Shown: positions 21,290 through 34,600 of the stretch, in pieces | Position numbering within the stretch: the first letter of the stretch is position 1 | Layout: every line of letters begins with the position of its first letter | DNA from: Nemertoderma westbladi | Lineage: Eukaryota; Animalia; Xenacoelomorpha | Assembly: GCA_032718475.1 (NCBI GenBank) | Contig: JAUCBJ010006629.1 | Span: forward strand, 1-64,000 | Direction: 5' to 3' | Length of the DNA: 64,000 nt | Notes under the pieces: generated by a model | Told to the model about the DNA's origin: nothing | Database searches by the model: none | Seen by the model: only the letters and a program-made list of their open reading frames with translations | Translations under genes and position numbers: made by a program

Positions 21290-23890
21290 ATGGACCCAAA
21301 TCGCCAAATTATCGGCGAATTACGTAACACGATAGATCTACTGGAATATTCGCAACCCGGATCCCCTGACTTTGATACAAATTGGAGCACCCTGCTAAAT
21401 GAGAACGTGCGAGTCATTAAATTCACCGGGCGAGAGGGACCGGATTCTAAGAATCTACGAGCCCTCCGGTTAGCCGATGCTAGTACGAGACTGAAAAGAA
21501 CTCGGAACGCAAAGGCAACCGGAGGGGACGATTCGTCGTTTTGGGAAACGTTCCGGCAGAGCGTCTACAGATCCCGATGTTTGATCTACGACAACGAGGG
21601 AAACGCGACGCCCACCTCGAAAGCGATTACGTTGGCGAGATGTCAAAGTTTCGTCGACGACAAGAGTACGTACCTCGCCCACTGGGGAAACCTGTCGGAG
21701 TGTACGGCGACGCTTCGAGAGGAACGCGTATTGATTATCCAAAACCGCGACGACTACCAGGAAAAGTACGGGGTGAAAGAATACGGTCGATCCTTAGTCG
21801 TCGTCCTCGGAACCCTGGACGGTTTGGTACTGGTGTGCCGAATATTCCCGACACCCAGACAGGAAGTGCAGGCAGCCGGAGCGATCTGGTTGCTGCCTCC
21901 GGAAATCCAAAAGATCCTCTTCGACTTCGACGTCATTAAAATCGGGTCGGATATCAAGGCGGACGTCCGGAACGACTACGCGAACGCTCCTACAGGAAGA
22001 AACCGACGAGACGACCTCAACGCCCTTAGCCATTGCATCGACACTCAAACGTTACTAGCCTGGTTACGATTCGCCGAGTTCATGCGAGGATTCCAAGAGG
22101 TGAGACCGACGAAATCCGGGATCGGCTACCTCGCTGTGCTAAACGGCGGTATCGACTTCAAACCCCAGAAATTCCGGGACTATAATAAAATATATGGTGG
22201 ATACCCGGGATTGGAAATAAAGAGCGAGCGAGAGGGTCGATGGAAGGACGTTGATCGGAAGTGGACGATACACCAAAGATGGGAGAATCCCGATCGACGG
22301 AACTACGTTTACGTCGTTATGGAGTGCTACACCGTCGCTAAGTTTATCTGTAAAACTCTCGATAACCTTATTACGGCGGTCCCCCTTTCCTTCGTCGACT
22401 ACGACTGGAATGAGGTTATAAACCACGCGTTTAAAGCGGTCGAGAACATTACACCGGGAGAATCGAAAACACCCGCCATTATCGATTCCTGGGACGAGAG
22501 CGGACCTTATGACATCCCTACGATTACCGAACTTCTCGGTGCGGAGGAGCCTCTGATCTCTTCGGAAGGGGAAGAGATATGGCTAAACGAGGGTGTTCTA
22601 CTCTCCACCCCGAAGCGACAACTAGAGCCGGAGGCCGCGTATGGACCGGCCGCCAAACGGGTTGCCTCGACCGAACCGATGAAGAGAGCAGGCGTTTACA
22701 CTCCACGCGGCTCCAGTAGCCCCGCGAGGGAGGTAGCCACTACAGCTGCATTGAGCGACTTCGGCGACATATTGCCAACGGTTATCCCCGTATCCTTTCC
22801 CGGGTGGCGAAGATTGGTCGTCGGAGATTCCGAGTACCAGCCACCAACGGACCCGTGCAGCGATACTGATCGAGGAGGGCCCCAGCGATGCGCCGACCCC
22901 CGACGATCTCCTCGGTATCCCTCCGTCTAAAACCCCGGCACCCCTTCGCTGACCAGCGGTGGCTACTACACCCGCCGTTCCTCAGGACCCTATGCGACTA
23001 ACCCGTTGGTACGCCGAGCAAACTGAATGGATCCACCGCCAGAAACGGTCATCCGAGTTGAGACCAGCGGGACACAAAGAAGGTTATCGGAGCGAGAACC
23101 TATTACGCAAAAGCCTAGCATTCCGCGGGCTACCGACCACCGAGAATATTCCGAAGAGCGACCAACGACTCGAATACTACGTCGGCGTCCCGATTCCGAT
23201 ATTCCCCGGTCGAGAGATGCAGTTGGAGGTATGCGGCGACTGCGGCTCGGAGCAGTGCCCACGCGGCAGAAGGAATCGGGTTACCGATTCTTGCCTCCAG
23301 CTCCTCGGGATACTCTATTGCCCATACTGCGCGACATCGGGCCACGACGTTTCCGTCTGCCCGATCCTTTATAACCTCTGCACCACGTGCGGTTTCCGTG
23401 GACATTCCTCTAGCCCCCGCTGCTATATCAAATGTCCAACCAAAGACGTTTCCGCTATGGCAATATGGTCATGTTTGAAACATACGCAAACAGCCATTTA
23501 AAGACCAAGGTTCGGAGAAACGCTCGGAATATCGCGCAGGAGATGGCGTGCGGATATTTCTCCTTCCCGGAACGCCTCCACACGTCGGCCACGCTACCTT
23601 TCCATTACGTGGATCTACTACTGAGAGCCGGATTATTCGGTCCATTTGAAGTCATTAGACGATTATACTCGTATAAAGAGGAGTTCGGTGACGGAGAATG
23701 GTTCCTAGAGGCACACAAATCTGAGTTGGAAAGACGAACCGACATGATCCCGATGCCTTCGAAAGGAAGAGCCGCCAGGAGACAAGCCGAAGCGTTACTC
23801 ACGATGGACGTTGACGCTCCTCTACCAGCCATAGCGATCGATGAGAGTCGACGGGCGAAGAGACGAAAGGCGTATCAGAGAAAGAAATAG
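21290..23890 (+). pseudogene. ORF3 of copy 1: DEDDy-like exonuclease plus CCHC knuckles, disrupted
   Basis: Near-identical to intact 48320-50920, but with a +1 insertion near 22771, a CGA>TGA change near 22951 and a -1 deletion near 23460. Confidence 0.88.
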
Positions 23891-24046
23891 TGGATCGGGA
23901 TATTCCAGGAACATTTATCGAACATTTATTTTTATACAAACTCTAGGCCAAATTAATTAAAAACTATGCAATATTAAATTTGGGTTTTTTATATTGGGAA
24001 TGACCTACGCAAACTCAATCGACCGACAGACTTCACGAAGGTCATT

Positions 24047-24055
24047 GGGGGGGAC
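24047..24055 (+). promoter_or_regulatory. Polypurine tract of copy 1
   Basis: GGGGGGGAC directly before the TG of the 3' LTR. Confidence 0.85.
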
Positions 24056-25708
24056 TGTTCGCGGTATTTCAACTTTCCATAACGCGAGTTGAATATTTTT
24101 GTATTTTATTTAAAATTGATTATTCCGATATTACTACTGGGTGCGGGACCATGGGTTTTGGGCACATTCAATAAACTGGGGGCGATTTATGGGCGAACTT
24201 TGGGGCAACTTACAGGGTACGGGAATAATTTCATAGTTATAAGGGCCAGGGGGGGATGGAAAATGCAAGCAGTATTCAGGTTAGCCTGAGTACTATTAGG
24301 CCCTGGCCAACTTCCTGCTGCCTGTAGGGGTGGATTTGGTAATGCGCCAGGCCTAAAGGACAAGGACTGCCCTTAGCGGTCCCTGGCCAACAGCAGCCAT
24401 TACGAGACTGAAAAGAACTCGGACCGCTGACTGCTTGTGTCAGGGATTTGCGACGGGCACCGACGGCCCCTTAGTAGCCAAGCCGTTCTGGTTCTCGATG
24501 ATCGTTCCCTTCGGGGTTCGTGAGGGGTGGAGCGGACACGCGAACGGGTGGCCAACTAACGACTGCCCCCTGACCTAAGCCGTACTGGTTCTCGATGACC
24601 GATCCCTTCGGGGTTCGCGAGGGGTGGGACGGACATGCGAAAGGGCTGGCCACAGGACGGGTTTGACGAGAACTGCCCTTAGCGGTCTCTGGTCAACGGC
24701 AGCTACTACGAGACTGAAAAGAACTCGGAACGCTGACTGCTTGTACTGGGATTTGCGACGGGAACCGACGACAGACCCCTTAGCCAAGCCGTACTGGTTC
24801 TCGATGATCGTTCCCTTCGGGGTTCGTGAGGGGTGGAACGGACACGCGATGGGGTCGAAAGACAAAGGACTAGACTCGACTAGACTCTACTGGCCTACCG
24901 ACTGTTCGGAGCAGTTTCTCGGCTGCCGAAGCGACTACGAGCCTGAAAGGGACTTGGAAAGCCTAGGTGGTTGGGTTTCTGTGACGAAACGACGGACCCC
25001 TAGCCAAGCCGTTCTGGTTCTCGATGATCGAACCCTTCGGGGTTCGTGAGGGGTGGAACGGACACGCGAACGGGTCCACCGACACGACAGACTCCTAGCC
25101 AAGCCGTACTGGTTCTCGATGACCGAACCCTTCGGGGTTCGAGAGGGGTGGTACGGATACGCGACAGAGTCTACCGACTGGACCGACCCTTAGCCAAGCC
25201 GTGCTGGTTCTCGATGATCGTTCCCTTCGGGGTTCATGAGGGGTGGAACGGACACGCGACAGGGTCGACCGACACCGACACTACGGCACTAAGACTGGGA
25301 CCGAGGGAAAATCTGGGGAACATTAGGTAGGCTCAAATTCTGAGCGAACAGTGGGTAATTAAATAATATACCGTAGGGATTTATATTATCGTGTATAATT
25401 ATTGTGAATATTTGGTGTATATTGATTTGGGGAAGCCCAAAATTATTCTTAATCAGGTTTCAATGATGTTGAACAGGTTTCAATGATGTTGAACAAGTTT
25501 CAATGATGTTGAACGGGTTTCAACTATAGGAAGTTACATTAAAGAGTATATCCAACTAATGCAGCTTTTTATCAACCGCAAACTTGCATCTCAGAAAATA
25601 TTCCCTCCCCACAATCAATATCCGGTGACTGGCCGGGGCTCGGTGGTCTGTTAAGTCACGTCTCCAGCATCGGCGTTTTTCCCCCCTGGTGTAGGGATAA
25701 CGGCAACA
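24056..25708 (+). repeat. 3' LTR of family A copy 1
   Basis: Direct repeat of 14009-15654 with a handful of differences; followed by TSD CTTTG. Confidence 0.95.
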
Positions 25709-26983
25709 CTTTGGTCAGTCGCCATGTAGGTAGGACTGTGTAATAAGTTTCCCCATAGTTTCCATATATCTGTTGGACAATATTAACTGTGTTCAGTTGG
25801 CTATTAATTACTGTGGATGTCGGACGGTATACCACCGTCGAGGTATCTTCTATTGATTGTGCTGTAATTTGTCTACTGGTACTTATATATTTATCAGGTA
25901 TTATTAACAACGATAAACTAATAACTCTTGCATTTTACCAGCCTACGGCCTTCAGCCTTCATAGTCATAATAAACACGGCGATGCGTAGGAAACACGACA
26001 AGAGATTTACCTGGTCGGGATCCTACGCCAACTCGGATCCCATCACATATTATTATATTATTTATTTATTTACAGAATAACTGCGAATCAAAAAAGAAAT
26101 CCTAATAAAGTAATCCAACCCTCTACAGAAAGAAGTTCAGATGTTGGAACGTTAAACTGTCCTAATTATTCCATTGAAGATCAGATCAAATGATTGAATA
26201 ACATCAGTTCAATTCCGTATCTTACAGAATATTACATTTAGTTAAAAAAAATAATTTATAGTATTTTGTATTAATTTTAATTTATGGAATTTTCTAACTC
26301 TATTTATATAAAAAATAATAACAAAGATTTATTAGTATTTTCCATAGGGAGAGCTCGCAATGTTTGCTAAAATTAGATCTAAAATAATTAATTTATATCA
26401 GATGTAAATACAATAATGATATAAATTTCTTTCAATTTATTTCCATTTTAATTCGTTCTTGGTTGATATTTTTCCAATATTATCTGTATTGTGTATTCGA
26501 GTAATACCTGTGTATCTGCTACGTGTCCCTTTGGTAGACACAAACCTGGACCATCTACTAAAAAAAACGTTTTAATTTTAACTCAGAGGTTCCCATTGGT
26601 TATATTATTAACCAATCGGTTCTTTAACCAATAAAACATTGGTTTACAATGAGTGTAACGGAGTTGGTTTCCATTCAGAACTACTATAATGTTATATGTT
26701 TATCTAATCTATTCTAATTATCTCGGTCCCACTGTGGCTGGTTGTGGTTTCCCTAAAGTTACCCGACAACCCTATGTCATTGTACGTCCGTCCGTGTTAC
26801 TAAACTATCAACTCTGTTTGGACAACCGCACTCCATTTTGCATCCAAAAACACCAGTTCAGCTATTTATATCCTTATAAAGGATATATTTAGCATTAATT
26901 GCAGTGATCAGTGGATTGGTTACAGACTTGTTCAGTAAACCCAGGGGGGTCTGTATTGGATACACAGGGTTCCTTCTCTATAT

Positions 26984-29028
26984 TGTAATTATTGAAGGAT
27001 CATTATTGTGAGCTAACCCTATTCCTTTATATTAATTATTTGTAATTATTGAAGGATCATTATTGTGAGCTAACCCTATTCCTTTATATTAATTATTTGT
27101 ATTTATTGAAGGATCATTATTGTGAGCTAACCCTATTCCTTTATATTAATTATTTGTATTTATTGAAGGATCATTATTGTGAGCTAACCCTATTCCTTTA
27201 TATTAATTATTTGTAATTATTGAAGGATCATTATTGTGAGCTAATCCTATTCCTTTATATTAATTATTTGTATTTATTGAAGGATCATTATTGTGAGCTA
27301 ACCCTATTCCTTTATATTAATTATTTGTATTTATTGAAGGATCATTATTGTGAGCTAACCCTATTCCTTTATATTAATTATTTGTATTTATTGAAGGATC
27401 ATTATTGTGAGCTAACCCTATTCCTTTATATTAATTATTTGTATTTATTGAAGGATCATTATTGTGAGCTAACCCTATTCCTTTATATTAATTATTTGTA
27501 TTTATTGAAGGATCATTATTGTGAGCTAACCCTATTCCTTTATATTAAGGGGGGGGTACACCATTTTCGGACAACTCTTCGATTTATCACTCTCAGCGAT
27601 TCAAAATTGTTTGGTTTTGGCTAAAATTTGGCATATAGGTGCCTAAGATACTATTCTACATGACAGGTCAAAAAAAATTTTTTTTCCGCTATTTAATATT
27701 AGTTAATACTAGTTAACAATAAAAAAAACTTGGTTGCGCTTAAAACCCTAAGGCTTTTACAGTTTTGAACCTAATCACATGAAAGTTTTTTTATATGATA
27801 GATCAAAGATGGGGCAACATAACTATCAGGCGAAATTTTGTTAAAATAATTCTGCACCGCTAGGTGGCGCTGCAAATTTATGCTAATTTTTAGGTTTTTT
27901 ATAAATAGTATTAAATTTTATTAACAAAAAATTTCGAAAAGTTGCCTGATACTTTTATGCAGGGTGGCTATCTAGACACCCACAGGAAGTTTCAGACTAA
28001 TTACTCAAAAATTGTAGAAGTAGTAGGGTTTTGAAGTTGACAATTTCATGAAAAAAATATTTGGAGATAATCGACCTTTCATTATACATAGTAATAGTAA
28101 TTTCAATAGGATTCCCTAAATGGAAATTTACATAAATTGAAAAGTAAAAGAGCTATTAAATAGCGGTTTTCAGATTTGGAAGCACCATTCAATGGTGCAT
28201 TATAATATACCATAAAAAAAATTTCGACATATTTTGGACCAAAATGGTGTACCCCCCCCTTAATTATTTGTAATTATTGAAGGATCATTATTGTGAGCTA
28301 ATCCTATTCCTTTATATTAATTATTTGTAATTATTGAAGGATCATTATTGTGAGCTAACCCTATTCCTTTATATTAATTATTTGTAATTATTGAAGGATC
28401 ATTATTGTGAGCTAACCCTATTCCTTTATATTAATTATTTGTATTTATTGAAGGATCATTATTGTGAGCTAACTCTATTCCTTTATATTAATTATTTGTA
28501 ATTATTGAAGGATCATTATTGTGAGCTAACCCTATTCCTTTATATTAATTATTTGTTTTATTGAAGGATCATTATTGTGAGCTAACCCTATTCCTTTATA
28601 TTAATTATTTGTATTTATTGAAGGATCATTATTGTGAGCTAACCCTATTCCTTTATATTAATTATTTGTAATTATTGAAGGATCATTATTGTGAGCTAAC
28701 CCTATTCCTTTATATTAATTATTTGTATTTATTGAAGGATCATTATTGTGAGCTAACCCTATTCCTTTATATTAATTATTTGTATTTATTGAAGGATCAT
28801 TATTGTGAGCTAACCCTATTCCTTTATATTAATTATTTGTAATTATTGAAGGATCATTATTGTGAGCTAACCCTATTCCTTTATATTAATTATTTGTATT
28901 TATTGAAGGATCATTATTGTGAGCTAACCCTATTCCTTTATATTAATTATTTGTATTTATTGAAGGATCATTATTGTGAGCTAACCCTATTCATTTATAT
29001 TAATTATTTGTATTTATTGAAGGATCAT
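26984..29028. repeat. 57-bp AT-rich minisatellite, about 23 units, split by a MITE
   Basis: Unit TTATTGAAGGATCATTATTGTGAGCTAACCCTATTCCTTTATATTAATTATTTGTAW. Confidence 0.97.
27549..28259. mobile_element. Non-autonomous DNA transposon with TTAA TSD (Kolobok-like MITE, 711 bp)
   Basis: TIR GGGGGGGGTACACCATTTT; TTAA on both sides at the satellite's own TTAA. RR..YY termini with a TTAA TSD fit Kolobok rather than piggyBac. Confidence 0.85.
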
Positions 29029-29089
29029 CATTGAAAGACAAATATAGAATATAAAAAAATTATAGATATAAAATAATAAGAATAATAAG

Positions 29090-29474
29090 CCTTGTGTGGG
29101 ACGCGACGGTGGAGGACCCACTGGCGCCCAGCCACCTCGCCCAGACGCTATCCGCCGGAGGCGCACTGCAGAGGAAGTGGAAACTCTAAAGATCCACAAG
29201 TACCAGGAGCTCATGGACCAGGGCTACCTCTTCCCCCAAGTAGCCTACAAGACCTTGGGCCGCCCCGGTCTTGTCCGAGTTCCTGAAGGAGATCAGGGCA
29301 AGACTCCACTCTGTTACCAAGGAACCCCGATCCCACCGCTTCCTCTTGCAGAGACTGGCTGTTGCCATCATGGTTGGAAATGCGGCCTCCATTATGGGGG
29401 GGGGGGGGGGGGGGACCTTGGACACCTCACTCACTAACAACGATGAATTCTACGAGGTGGTCCATGGTCCCTAG
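29090..29474 (+). pseudogene. 3' fragment of a CRE-like non-LTR retrotransposon (restriction-like endonuclease region)
   Basis: Across frameshifts: LVWDATVEDPLAPSH...KIHKYQEL...YKTLG...FLKEIRARLHSVTKEPRSHRFLLQRLAVAIMVGNAASIMG. Confidence 0.7.
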
Positions 29475-29626
29475 TACCGTAGGCACAATACCTTTAGACC
29501 TTTAGAGGCACAATATAAGTAATGGCTATAATATTGATGCATATACTGAGTTTGTGAGGGGGTGTTTTCAATACAGGCTGCTAATGGATTATATTGGTTG
29601 GAAATATGGTTTGACAGACGGGAGGC

Positions 29627-31494
29627 TATGGCGTCTGATTTGAGCCAAAATACCTTAGAATTACAAATGTGTACCTTACATTTTTCATTAGCTTATATTT
29701 ATAAGCATTCGCATAAAAGTATGGTATTTTATTGCATTTGAATTTATACATCGCTTAAAAGTAAGCTATGTTTTATGAAGTTGACTTTAATAAATCGCTT
29801 AAAAGTAAGGTATTTTTTACAAGTTCTGTTAAAACATCGCTTAAAAGTAAGCTATGTTTATGTAGTTGACTGTAATAAATCGCTTTAAATAAGGTATTTA
29901 ATTGCAGTTCTGTTCCAACATTGCTTAAAATGAAGTATGTGTTTATACAGTAATATAGTTTATAGTAAGCGATGTTTTTACAGTGTCGTTTAAACATAGT
30001 TTAAAGAAAGCGATGTTTTTACAGTGTCGTTTAAACATAGTTTAAAGTAAGCTATGTTTTTGCAGTGTTTTGTCCAATCAAATGCGTTGTTGACAATATC
30101 TGCAATTAGTAAATAGATCACAAGAGGGCGCTGTGTAGGGTACACAGTACGGACAGTACGGTTAACAGTATACAGTAGTTACACTGCAGTAGGTATGGCA
30201 TCCGAAAATTTCATCTCGGAAATTGAGAGCCTAATACGGAGGTGCCAACAAATTTCAGAAGATGAGACATTTTCAAACTTAAATATAATAGAATATTTAA
30301 CACGTATTTTTCAATATAAGATTGATGTACTGGATCGCCTAATAGAGGATGGGAATACAGGTAATAGCCCTAGGGCCGCCGATACCAGTACAACACGTAA
30401 TTCTGGAATAATTTATTTAAATCGAAGCCTCCGTGAATGGCTGCATTGGTTATTAAGTTTACCTATTGCTCGGCATCAAAGTAGCTGCTGCTTATATGTA
30501 TCATCTGCAATTTGTTGGCACCTCCGTATTAGGCTGTCAATTTCAAAGATGAAATTTTCAGATGACATACCTACTGGCTACTGCAGTACTCTGTAACTAT
30601 ACTGTTAACCGTACTGTCCATACCGTGTACCCTACATATCAGAAATTCGATTTTGCTGATCGAATACTGGAATACAACAATTGCGCAACAGCGCCCACTC
30701 GTGATCTATTTACTAATTGCAGATATTGTCAACAACGCATTTGATTGGACAAAACACTGCAAAAACATAGCTTACTTTAAACTATGTTTAAACGACACTG
30801 TAAAAACATGGCTTACTATAAACTATATTACTGTATAAACACATACTTCATTTTAAGCAATGTTGGAACAGAACTGCAATTAAATACCTTATTTAAAGCG
30901 ATTTATTACAGTCAATTACATAAACATAGCTTACTTTTAAGCGATGTTTTAACAGAACTTGTAAAAAAAAATATCTTAATTTTAAGCGATTTAATAAAGT
31001 CAACTACATAAACATAGCTTACTTTTATGCGATGTATTAACAGAACTTGTAAAAAATACCTTACTTTTAAGCGATTTATTAAAGTCAACTACATAAACAT
31101 AGCTTACTTTTATGCGATGTTTTAACAGAACTTGTAAAAAATACCTTACTTTTAAGCGATGTATAAATTCAAATGCAATAAAATACCATACGTTTAAGCG
31201 ATTTTCAAGGCAATTGCAAAAACATAGCTTACTTATAAGCGATTTTCAAGGCAAATACAAAAAACATAGCTTACTTTTAAGCGATGTTTTTAAGAGAACT
31301 TGTAGAAAATACCTTACTTTTAAGCGATTTATTAAAGTCAACTACATAAAACATAGCTTACTTTTAAGCGATGTATAAATTCAAATGCAATAAAATACCA
31401 TACTTTTAAGCGATGCTTATAAATATAAGCTAATTAAAAATGTAAGGTACACATTTGTAATTCTAAGGTATTTTGGCTCAAATCAGACGCCATA
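29627..31494. mobile_element. Non-autonomous IS3EU-like DNA transposon with long, internally repetitive TIRs
   Basis: Termini TATGGCGTCTGATTTGAGCC / GGCTCAAATCAGACGCCATA, 6-bp TSD GGAGGC, subrepeats ATCGCTTAAAAGTAAG. TAY..RTA ends with a 6-bp TSD are the IS3EU pattern. Confidence 0.75.
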
Positions 31495-31545
31495 GGAGGC
31501 AAGGTAATACTGTAGGTAGTATTTCAAGATCTACCTTTTGTCTGA

Positions 31546-31612
31546 GCCGCTTGCGGAATGGTTAGAGCACCACACTGGAGGTCACCAGTTCGACCCTATC
31601 TGGACGTTATTG
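31546..31612 (+). repeat. tRNA-derived SINE-like head
   Basis: A-box-like TGCGGAATGGTTAGA and B-box-like GTTCGACCC at tRNA-like spacing; no complete cloverleaf. Confidence 0.4.
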
Positions 31613-31650
31613 CCGACTTTGCTAAGCTGTGCCCAACGTTTATGAATTAT

Positions 31651-34600
31651 ATATATTTAAAGATACACCCCCAGCCGGGGTAAAAATTGTAAAATTTGAT
31701 TAAATAGTGATTATTAGTAAAAAAAAACCGCATGATAAAAGATAATACCAGTTAAGTATTGTCTGTTTGTGGGGCGAGCCGTGTTGTGAAGGAAACTAAT
31801 TTATGAGAGTGACAGCACCGAGAGAGGAGGACATTGAGGGCAATGAAGCGCATGGTAACGCGACTGGGACGATTCCATACAGAATCTGCAGACGCAGCTA
31901 GAGGAGAGTTCATGGAACCCCCGGTTGTTCAGACACAGCTTGTGGTGAAATCCGTGGGCTGTCGCTCGCGCGACCAGGTGCCGGTTCTTCTGACCAGGCT
32001 TCTTCCACGTTGCCGAGGAGAAAGCTGGGCCATCGGAGTATTGTTCGGCGACAAAGTTTGCATCTCTCTCGGCACGAAACTCTCTGTATGCAGAGAGAGT
32101 CTCCACGTTAAACGCTCCTGGGAACTTAACGGCGAGGTCCTCTACAAACGAATTCTCGTTGAGGAGGCGCAGGCAAAGTGTCGAGGAGGCAGATGTGTGA
32201 AGCCCTAGCATTCGTTTGAGGTGGGTTGTTTTAATAATATCCAAATCTTTAAGATGCTGTAGCCGTAGATATTTACCAATTTCCTTAATTGCGTATGAAG
32301 CTATGGGGGAGATTTTCATTTGGAACACATTTATGCCAGTTTCAGTAGACAGTAGAGGTAGATTGTTAAGGGAGCCGATGACGCTACAGGCTGATTTCTT
32401 TTTTGCCTTTATGTGCTCGGTGAAACTCAAGGACGACTGAAGAGTGACCCCAAGATATTCATATTGATTAGCAATAATCACCGGTTTATTGTCGTAGTGG
32501 AACATATCGGTAGCGGCCAATCGGCCACCCCTTCTGAACTTTACAACCTTTGTTTTGACTAGATTTACACTCATTCCATTGGCTACACACCATTTATACA
32601 AAATGTCTAATACAAGTTGAATGTCTTCGCGGTTACTTGCATAGATTGCCAAGTCATCGGCATAAAATATAAACTTTATGAGGGCGACGGCGTTTCGAAT
32701 AGCATTGGCGAGGTTTGCGATGTATAAAATGAAGCAGGTTGGTGATAGGCAGTCCCCTTGTAAAACTCCACGTAATTGATTTATTATATTCGATAGTCTG
32801 AGGCCATCAAATATTCGGATTTTGTTATGAGTCAACGCCTTTATTAGGTTGTAAATCTTACCTCTGATGCCAAAATTGTGTAGTTTCCATAGTAGCACTG
32901 ACCTGCTGATTGAATCAAAGGCCTTTCGGAAATCGACAAACAAAACATAAGTATTTCGGTTCTTAGGGTTAGGGCTTTTCAGAGCTTCTGCGATATCGCT
33001 TATTAACTGACTAATGGCTCCCATTGTAGACCTTCCAGGAGTGAACCCGAATTGCTCCTGAGGTATCGAGGTCGGCGGGATATTAAAACGAATTCTCTTA
33101 TTTATTATGGATGTCAGGGTCTTAAGAAGTACACATAGAAGTGCGATCCCTCGGTAATTGTCAGGATTTGTTATGGTTCCTTTTCCCTTGTAGAGTATAA
33201 TGATAAAGCTTTCGAGCCAAATACAAGGCAGAGTTCCTACATTTAAACAGGCGTTGTATATCAGAGTGAGGAAAGTTAGGATGATAGGCAGCCCTTGCTT
33301 CAGATGCTCGTAAAATAGTCGATCGGGTCCACTGGCTTTATTGTTTGCAGCCTCATTGATTACTGATTTAATTTCAGCCCCTGTGATTGGTTCGTTAAAC
33401 CATTCCTGTTCAGTCCTTTCCTGCTCTGTAGTGTAAGGTATATTTGGGCAGTCCGGGGGATCATTGGCGCAGCCTAGGAGATCTTCGAAATGTGTTTCTA
33501 GTTGACCAGCTTCGATGGGAGCCACTGTGGGTTTGCGGTCTCGGAAGAGATCCCAAGGTTTAACTTCAGCTTTACTCAGCTTCTCAGTCAATTGTTGTTC
33601 CTCGAATAATTCGCGTTTACTCTTTATAACCAGTTTATATTGTTTCCGTAATTCCCAAAAGCGTTGTTTATTATTATCCGACTCATTCCGTTTTGTCATT
33701 GCTTCTACAAGACTGGCCTTGAGAACTTTACATTCTGCGTCGAACCATGGTTTATTAGAGTGTTTATGTGAGCATTTCGGTACAGTTGAGTTTACTATGG
33801 CATTGGTTAGTAGTTCGTTAGCCGCATCCAGATCATTGTTATTTATTGACTCAATAATTACTTCCCCATGTAAGTTAGATATGAGTTGATTGACATCTAA
33901 CTTCCTACCTAGCTGAGAAGGTCTACCTCTCATTATTAGACCATTATTAGGCGACGGGAGATGAAGAGTAACTGACGCGCGTTGGTGTTTTCGTATGGGA
34001 TCGTTTTTTATTGAAACTATCGGGATACATTGGGGAACAGCACCAGGATATTTAATGTAGAGTATATCAATAGCACTTTCACCTTGCGGGGAAACATAAG
34101 TTGATACATCATTATCGTTAAGAATGATAAATCCGAGGTTTTGTAAGTGGTCAGTTAGTTCCAATCCACGGGTTCCCGAGTCCAACCGGCAGTTGAAGTC
34201 ACCACCGATTAGAATAGACCTGGAGCTATCAGTGTGCGATAGCGAATGGTTGACATCCAGAATAATATCTGCAATTTGTGTGACAGGTACGAAATAATAA
34301 ACGATGAAGAATGCTATATCTGTTTTAACAATTATACATGAGTCGTTCTTGTAAATCAGCGAGGGGTTGAGCTCTGGCTTTGCGAGAGTAATCAACCCGC
34401 CCGTGGGCCGCCCTCGTGTTGGCTTTGTTGCAGGTTGTACAAAGGAGTAATATCCCTCGCAATTGACGGAGTCCTCTACCCATAAGGATTCTGTAAGTAG
34501 TATAACATCATCGCCCCTGTATAGCTCACGTCCCGTTAGACATTTAGATACATATTCAAATCCTTCAATATTCCAGAGGGAAACATTAATGTTTTGACTC

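Larger units (their letters stand above)
14009..25708 (+). mobile_element. BEL/Pao LTR retrotransposon, family A copy 1 (non-autonomous; RT, RNase H and integrase core deleted)
   Basis: TG...CA LTRs of ~1.65 kb, 5-bp TSD CTTTG (14004-14008 and 25709-25713), G-rich PPT, BEL-type gag, protease and integrase C-terminus. Confidence 0.95.

Noticed and set aside
27220-29034. KDHYCELTLFLYINYLYLL repeat proteins
   Set aside because: Translation of the 57-bp satellite; variant units contain TAA.
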